A stretch of 17,300 nucleotides of DNA from NCBI RefSeq assembly GCF_006345805.1, contig NW_021824896.1, positions 1 to 17,300 on the forward strand, given 5' to 3'. Within the stretch, counting starts at the first letter, position 1; every line of letters begins with the position of its first letter. This document shows, piece after piece, positions 9,952 through 17,300 of this stretch. Both the position numbers and the translations under genes were made by a program. This DNA is from Octopus sinensis. Taxonomy: Eukaryota. The notes beneath the pieces were generated by a model, which made no database searches, was not told the origin of the DNA, and saw only the letters and a program-made list of their open reading frames with translations.

Positions 9952-10483
9952 TGTTTCTTTATTACCCACAAGGGGCTAAACATAGAGAGGACAAACAAGG
10001 ACAGACAGACGGATTGAGTCGATTACATCGATCCCAGTACGTAACTGGTACTTAATTTATCGACCCCGAAAGGATGAAAGGCAAAGTCGACCTCGGCGGA
10101 ATTTGAACTCAGAGCAGAACGGCAGACGAAATACCTATTTCTTTACTACCCACAAGGGGCTAAACACAGAGGGGACAAACAAGGTCAGGCAAACGATTAA
10201 GTCAATTATATCGACCCCAGTGCGTAACTGGTACTTATTTAATCGACCCCGAAAGGATGAAAGGTAAAGTCGACCTTGGCGGAATTTGAACTCAGAACGA
10301 AATATCTATTTTTTTACTACCCACAAGGGTCTAAACACAGAGAGGACAAACAAAGACAGACAAAGGGATTAAGGCGATTATTCGACCCCAGTGCGTAACT
10401 GGTACTTAATTTATCGACCCCGAAAGGATGAAAGGCAAAGTCGACCTCGGCGGAATTTGAACTCAGAACGTAGCGGCAGGCGA
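9952..10483 (-). mobile_element. Head-to-tail trimer of headless main-family SINE monomers inside one 20-bp TSD
   Basis: Monomers at ~9947-10130, 10131-10301 and 10302-10483. Exact ATAAGGTGGAATAACATACC at 9932-9951 and 10484-10503. Confidence 0.92.
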
Positions 10484-10924
10484 ATAAGGTGGAATAACAT
10501 ACCATCACCAACTCACTCATATTCTCGGTTATGAGCTCTTCTGGTGAAAGTTTTCATCCAGAGAGATATGCACCCGAAAGGTAAATTTAGGTCGTTGTCT
10601 GTTTCTGATTTACCAACGTTAACAATGTAATAACTCTGATGTTCGAAGCCGATAGTCTGATCGGAAGTCAGTTGTAACTGCAACAGATCTTTCGAATCCC
10701 GATCACTTGATCGTGTATATCTCAGTCAATTTCTGTCATTTTTTATGCTGTAAGCAACAAGTAACCCATTTCTCCACGGTGTTCATTTCGTGAGAATCAA
10801 CGTTTATCTATTTTCCAGTAAATGTAGGCTTACCATATTTCTATTCCATAAAACCACACCCAGTACGAGTTATCACAATCAAAAAGCCGGTTCATTATGC
10901 TTTTTCTGTTTTCTTTTTAATTTT

Positions 10925-11162
10925 TTGCAGCGTGGAAGGTGTTTATAAGCCATTTAAGAAACACACAAAAGCCGTTAGATTCACTTCAACATTTAAATTT
11001 AATTTGTCAAAATATTTTCGTCGCTTTCAGACCGCGATCTGTTCACTGACAAAAATTCGTGCTGCATCTATTTTATTTTGACAAATTAAATTTAATGTTG
11101 AAGTGAATCTAACGGCTTTTGTGTGTTTCTTAAATGGCTTACAAACACCTTCCACGCTGCAA
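10925..11162. mobile_element. MITE-like foldback element with ~89-bp terminal inverted repeats
   Basis: 10925-11014 is the reverse complement of 11074-11162 with one mismatch and one 1-bp indel. Spacer 59 bp, no ORF, TSD not resolved. Confidence 0.85.
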
Positions 11163-11879
11163 TTGTTTTCGTTCCAGCACACTATCTCAAATCAAGTAAC
11201 TCGCTATGCATGTACATCGCCGTAATTTTAATTTTTTATTTATTTATTTTAGTTATGATCTGTATTGAGAAGTTTACATGCTCTTCTTGATAAGAACGAA
11301 ATACAAAGATGTCTATAACCGCGACCGCACATCATTCAGTACATCACTACATACCTACATTACACAAGATGTTATTTGAAGGTGGTTCTATGTAATTTAA
11401 GGGAATTTTGGTTACTACCTCGGTCAAGCTATGCGATGGAGTAGTGGCCTCTTTATTGAATTGTATTGCTATTATTGTTTAGCCTTTGGCCAGCCCCGAT
11501 TCAGCAGACTGATCAAAGTTAATCATGCCATGACCATCACGAATAATGTTTTTTTTGTGTGTGTTCCTAGCCATATAGCGTATCACGGAATACATTGTCG
11601 AATGAGTCCATTTGTAAAACTGCGATGTATTTATTGGAGAGATATCTGGCTGCTGCTATTTCTAGCATGCATATATATCTCAGATCGACCCCCATAGAGG
11701 CTTCACTCTGGTAATGCTAATAACTATGTTAATATTGTTGTATTATTAACACACCAACTGTTCATGTTAATCATATTTCTGCAGTATTTGATCAGGTTAA
11801 AACTAGTTTTTGGAGCTGATACAACTTCCGCTTTTGTTCTCTTTAATATTCGACACTTCTTGCTCTCTGCTGTTACAGT

Positions 11880-11932
11880 TATTACAGCTTCTGCTGCTGC
11901 TTTTGCTGTTGCTGCTGCTGTTGTTGCCGCTG

Positions 11933-11970
<38 letters not shown>

Positions 11971-13147
11971 ACACTTTTAGCTGTTGTTGTAGTTGCTCAA
12001 CTTGTTATTGCAGTTGTTGTAGTTGTTTCATTTTATGTTGTTGGTGTTGTTGTTGTTGATGGTTTTGTTACAGTTCATGTTCATGCTATCACTATTTTTG
12101 CCCTTCATGTTGTTGTTGTTCTTGTTGTTGTTCTTGCTGCATTTGATGTTGCTGTTGTTGTTGCTACTAATTTTTCTCTTGTTGTTATTGTTGTTGTTGT
12201 TGTTGTTATTGTTGCTGTTGTTGTTGATATCGTTACTGCTACTGCTATCGCTGCCTCTGCTATATTATTGTTCTGTGGTGCTGATGTTGACCATGATGAT
12301 GATGATGATGAAGATGATGATGCTTAGGAGGAAGAGGAGGGGCAGGAGAAGGTGGGGTGGTTGTAGTACTGGTGATGGCGTTGATGTTGGTAGTGGTGAT
12401 GGTATGGTGGTCTTGGTGTTGTTGGTGTTGTTGGTGGTGGTGGCCATCATGGTGTTCATGATAATGGTGATTGCGATGGGGTGGTGCTTGTGGTGGTGTT
12501 TGTGAAGGTGGGAACGATGATGTACTAAAGCAGTGGTGGTGATGATCGTGCCGATACTGATGATGAGAGAGGTGGTGGTGGTGGTGGTGGTGGTGGTGGT
12601 GGTAGTAGTATCGGAGTCGGTGGTTGTTATAATGGTGTTGATGATAATGCTGATGGTGATGGTGATGGCATTCACGATGGTGGTCATGATGGTGATGGTG
12701 GTGGTTGTGTGTGGGAGGGGTATGTTGATGGTGATAGTGATGATAGTGATGATGATTGTAGAGGTTTTAATATTGCTGATGGTGATGACGACGACGACGA
12801 TGACGACGACGATGATGATGATGATGATAGTGGTGGTGGTGGTGGTGGTGGTGGTGGTGGTGTTGTTGTTGGTGGTGGTGGTGTTGAAAGTGGTGTTGCT
12901 GCTGCCACCACTCTCCTGCTGCTGTTATTGTTTCGGTTTATGCAGTTGACGCTATTCTGCTTTTTTTCTTTTTGTTGCAGTTATTGTTTTTGCTGTTGTT
13001 GTTGTCGATGTAGTTGTTGTGAATAATATACCACCGATATTACAGCTGCTCTTGTTTCTGTTGTTGTTGTTGTTGATCATTCTGTCACTGTTATTTTTAC
13101 TATATTTATCGTTATTATTATCATCGTCATCGTTCTCACTGTCGCCA

Positions 13148-13230
<83 letters not shown>

Positions 13231-13372
13231 CATTAATTATTATCTTTATTATTATTATTATTATTGCTATTATTATTATTGGCTATTATTATTATTATTA
13301 TTATTATTATATTATTATCATTAATTATTATCTTTATTATTATTATTATATTAATATATTCTTATTTATATT

Positions 13373-13403
<31 letters not shown>

Positions 13404-13409
13404 TTATTA

Positions 13410-13440
<31 letters not shown>

Positions 13441-13457
13441 GCTATTATTATTATTGC

Positions 13458-13493
<36 letters not shown>

Positions 13494-13529
13494 CATTAAT
13501 TATATCTTTATTATATATATTATTATTGC

Positions 13530-13595
<66 letters not shown>

Positions 13596-13921
13596 CATTA
13601 TTATTATCATTTCTGCCGACTGCTACTGAACTACTACTGTTGTTGTGTTTGTTGTTGTTACTGTTGTTGTTGTGTCTTGCTGCTGACATTACATTTATTT
13701 CTGTTATTCATGCTGCAGTTGTTGTTTTCGTAATTGTTGTTATGTTATTGTTATTGTTATATTGCAATCGTTTTATTTTGCTGTTGTAAAATTTTGCTTT
13801 GCTCTTACTGGTGTGCTTGCTGTTGCTGCTACTTCTACTGCTGCTGCCGCTGTAACCGCAACCGTTGCTGTTGCTGCTGTCGTTGTTCTTATTGTTAATG
13901 TTATTATTATTATTATTATTA

Positions 13922-13963
<42 letters not shown>

Positions 13964-14095
13964 TATTATTATTATCATCATCATCATTATTATTATCATT
14001 ATTATCATTATCATTATTATCATTATCATTATTATATTATTATTATTATATTATTATTATTATTATTATTATTTATTATTATTATTATTATTGTA
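11880..14095. repeat. ~2.2-kb mosaic trinucleotide low-complexity tract (GCT, GTT, GAT, GGT, GAC, ATT, CAT)
   Basis: Successive blocks of triplet repeats; source of the homopolymeric ORFs in all six frames. Confidence 0.95.
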
Positions 14096-14220
14096 TTCAA
14101 TATTGTCCTTGATAATGTCGCTGCTGTTGAAATGTTTATTTTTTGTTCGTATTTAATTGGGCTAATTGGCAAGTCATTAGAGCACCGGAAATAATGATTT
14201 CTGATATTTGCTCTGACTAG

Positions 14221-14300
14221 CTACGGTCTAAGTTCAAATTCTGCCAAGGACAGCTTTACCTTTTTATCTTTTCGGAGGCTATAAAATACAAAACTGCCAA
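14221..14300 (+). mobile_element. Highly decayed fragment of the main SINE family
   Basis: CTACGGTCTAAGTTCAAATTCTGCCAAGGACAGCTTTACCTTTTTATCTTTTCGGAGG aligns with the B-box/core of 3210-3428. Confidence 0.6.
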
Positions 14301-14365
14301 CCCAAGATTGGAATAGGCGAAAACGTTTGACCGGAGGACTTGCGCTCTTTGAATTAGACATTTAC

Positions 14366-14568
14366 GCTCTGAGATCAAATTCAAATTGTGGAGGTGGTAC
14401 GTTCATCGCATCACCTGGTTTAACACCACAGCCTGGTACCATGGGCATCTTCACCCCTACTGCAAGCATTCCAGCCAGGTTTCCAATTTGAAGATAACCT
14501 TCCTTTCTCTCCACCACATCGATCTCGGCGGCGCTGTAACGTGTCATTTGCACTACCTTCCTGCCAGG
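14366..14568 (-). CDS. Possible isolated internal exon of an unidentified host gene
   Basis: Non-repetitive, GC-richer island. Minus strand has TTTTAG|CCT at 14569 and AGC|GTAAAT at 14365, with an open frame PGRKVVQMTRYSAAEIDVVERKEGYLQIGNLAGMLAVGVKMPMVPGCGVKPGDAMNVPPPQFEFDLR. No homologue recognised; weak polypyrimidine tract. Confidence 0.35.
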
Positions 14569-14787
14569 CTAAAAGATTTTTTTAAATATTGCTGTAATTG
14601 GTGTTGCTGTTGTTGGTTTTGTTGCGCCGCCCCTGCTGCTCCTCTTGCTCCTGTTAGTGCTGCAGCTGCTGCTGCTTTTACACCCTAAGTTGATTTCTTT
14701 TTCTTTTTCGCTGTTGCGATTGTAATGCCCATAGTATTGGTCAGTTTTGTTGTTGTTACCACTTCTGTAGATATTAACCTTTCTGTT

Positions 14788-14788
14788 G

Positions 14789-14887
<99 letters not shown>
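14788..14887. repeat. (ATT)n microsatellite
   Basis: Direct reading. Confidence 0.97.
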
Positions 14888-15381
14888 GAGTGAGAGAGCA
14901 GTGCATGCCATCAAGGTGACACTGGGGTAAAATATACGAAGCCCAGTATACCCATCATGACTACCCGTCTGATAAGGGTACATTAGGCACATGCATCACA
15001 ACCATATGTGCGAGGCATGGTGATTCCATATCAAAATAAACAGCACATGACCTTGCAGGTGGGGGCCCAGTTAGAATTTTCTTCTGGTAGAGTTGCCCAT
15101 CCGCTCAAAAGGTCCCTGAATAAGGATTGTTTAAGGATGTTGAACGAACCACCCATGTTTCCAAAGGTGAATTATCCAAACCTCTAAGAATTCCTCTCAA
15201 TATACGGCTATGATGCTCCCCCACTACTTCTGCTCGTGATCAGAGATGCACATATCGTCAGCCACTCAGGGACATGCTCAACTGGTTATGGTCAAACAAC
15301 TGACAAGCAAATCTGTGGTATTGAGCAGAATATTTGTTGTAGCCCATCTTTTATACCAAGACAAAACAATGGACATAACAC

Positions 15382-15383
<2 letters not shown>
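14888..15383 (-). mobile_element. Non-coding interspersed repeat embedded in (ATT)n, copy 1 (shorter)
   Basis: Colinear and highly similar to 16272-16829 but lacks its last ~50 bp; ATT arrays on both sides. The minus strand is inferred from the shared left end with an (AAT)n tail. Confidence 0.8.

Positions 15384-15441
<58 letters not shown>
15384..15441. repeat. (ATT)n microsatellite
   Basis: Direct reading. Confidence 0.97.
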
Positions 15442-15443
<2 letters not shown>

Positions 15444-15719
15444 AAAACTCACAACTTATATTGTCAGGTATGGTGGAAAGTATCAGCTGTCCATTACAGC
15501 CAGCAGACTAAGGTGACACTTGCTTTACTGGTCATGCTTGAAGAATCCTGCGAAGAATTCGTGCAGTTCTAAGCAATGCTGATTTTCCAACAATTTTTTT
15601 TTCAACCATGTTGCTGATACTTCCAGGTGCACCAATTTCTATTGGTATCACGTCTACTCTCCTAATTGACCACAACCTTCGTATTTCCCACTTCAAATTG
15701 TCATAGCTGTTTATTTTTT

Positions 15720-15984
15720 TCTTCTTCTTTCACCTTCTTCTTTCACCTTCTTCTTCTCCTTCTTCTTCTTCTTCTTCTTCTTTCTTTCTCTTCTTCTTCT
15801 TCTTCTTCTTCTTCTCGTCTTCTTCTTCTTCTGCTTCTTCTTCTTCTTTTTTTTCCCTTTTTCTTCTTCTTCTTCTTCTTCTTCTTCTTCTTCTTCTTCT
15901 TCTCTCTTCTTAATCATCATCACATCATCATCATCATCAATCATCATCATCATCAATCATCATCATCATCATCATCATCTTCAC

Positions 15985-16045
<61 letters not shown>

Positions 16046-16060
16046 TATTACTCTTATTAC

Positions 16061-16099
<39 letters not shown>

Positions 16100-16146
16100 T
16101 ATTACTCTTATTATTATTATTATTATTGTCATTATTATTATTATTA

Positions 16147-16193
<47 letters not shown>

Positions 16194-16271
16194 CATTGTC
16201 ATTATTATTATTATTATTAATTATTATTATTAATAATAATAATAATAATTATTATTATTATTATTATTATT
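15720..16271. repeat. Compound (CTT)n-(CAT)n-(ATT)n microsatellite
   Basis: CTT ~15720-15910, CAT ~15913-15980, ATT ~15985-16271. Confidence 0.96.
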
Positions 16272-16829
16272 GTGTGAGAGAGCAGTTCATGCCATCAAAG
16301 TGACACTGGGGTAAACTATACAAAGCCCAATATACCCATCATGACTACCCGTCTGATAAAGGTACACCAGGCACATGCATCACAACCATATGTGCGCGAC
16401 ATGGTGATCTCATATCAAGATAAACAGCACATGACCTTGCAGGTGGGGCCCAGTTAGAATTTTCTTTCAGGTGAGTAGCCCATCCTGCTCAAAAGGTCCC
16501 TGAATAAGGGTTGCTTTAGGATGTTGAACGAAACACCTATGTTTCCAGAGTGTGAATTATTCAAAACCCCAAAGAATCCCTCTCAACACATGGCTATGAT
16601 GCTCCCTCACTACTTACTTCTGCTCGTGATCAGAGATGCACATATCGTCAGCCAGTAGGGACATGCTCAACTGGTTAGGTCAACAACTGACAAGCAATCT
16701 GTGGTATTGAGCAGAATATTTGCGGTAGCCCATCTTTTATACCAAGACAAAACAATGTACATGATAACACTTCCAATCAGTTAAGATCAGAAGCCATGAG
16801 AGCCACTGCCTGGTACTGCATCAGGGCAT
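16272..16829 (-). mobile_element. Non-coding interspersed repeat embedded in (ATT)n, copy 2 (~555 bp)
   Basis: Same family as 14888-15383; runs from GTGTGAGAGAGCAG to GTACTGCATCAGGGCATT between two ATT arrays. Confidence 0.8.
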
Positions 16830-16854
16830 TATTATTATTATTATTATTATTATT

Positions 16855-16888
<34 letters not shown>

Positions 16889-16918
16889 ATTTTATATTAT
16901 TATTATTATTATTATTAT

Positions 16919-16957
<39 letters not shown>
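16830..16957. repeat. (ATT)n microsatellite
   Basis: Direct reading. Confidence 0.97.
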
Positions 16958-16960
<3 letters not shown>

Positions 16961-17300
16961 TATCTTATTTTTATCACAAGTTGTCACTCAACTACACCAC
17001 CGAGCGCAGCTTTATGCGCCTTGGTATGTGTTGTGGTTTGTTGTTGTGCTCTTATATTCATTGTACTGAAAGTGCTTTACGTAGAATGTATGCAGTACCT
17101 AAGTAGTGCAATTTTCTGTACGTTATATAGATTTATAAGTCCTAGTGTTTTTGTTATGTATTTGTCTGAATGTATTTTTATCATATTTAATGCACCTACT
17201 ATTACAGTAATTGTTTTTGCTTTTACATTCCACATTCTATTTACGATATCTTACCAGATCTTTGTATTCTGAGAGTTTCTCTTTTCGTTTAGAAATCTTT

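Noticed and set aside
9947-10483. CRISPR-like or satellite appearance of the ~180-bp tandem units
   Set aside because: No unique spacers; the units are SINE bodies also found as dispersed monomers.
11380-11700. Short stretches reminiscent of other octopus repeats (GCTGCTATTTCTAGCA, TTGTTTAGCC..GCCATGACCATC)
   Set aside because: Recollection only; no second copy in the window clear enough to support them.
11764-14194. Many poly-V/L/I/N/T/D ORFs resembling membrane or mucin proteins
   Set aside because: Open in several frames on both strands with homopolymer content; triplet-repeat artefacts.
15236-15572. ORFs of 91 and 108 aa
   Set aside because: They lie in the repeat copy and the ATT array, and the frame is not kept in the second copy.

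Overview
AT-rich, repeat-dense eukaryotic DNA with no intact gene. The SINE families and microsatellite load look like an octopus (coleoid cephalopod) genome; this is from my recall of those repeats, not a search. The centrepiece is a decayed Tx1/L1-clade LINE (5028-9051) inserted into a TTAG/GATA microsatellite with a 15-bp candidate TSD. Its 3' part (linker, RT, Zn-finger, 3' UTR) is on the minus strand, while the end of ORF1 and the start of the endonuclease are on the plus strand. This 5'-inversion geometry fits twin priming. The last 47 nt of the LINE match, ungapped (38/47), the 3' tail of the window's commonest tRNA-derived SINE, which suggests a LINE-SINE partnership. That SINE occurs as monomers, as older copies with a different tail, and as a headless trimer inside one 20-bp TSD. 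Also present: an RTE 3' fragment, three other SINE pieces, a long-TIR MITE, two copies of a ~550-bp (ATT)n-embedded element, a possible decayed hammerhead ribozyme, a possible lone exon and large trinucleotide tracts. Most listed ORFs are microsatellite artefacts.
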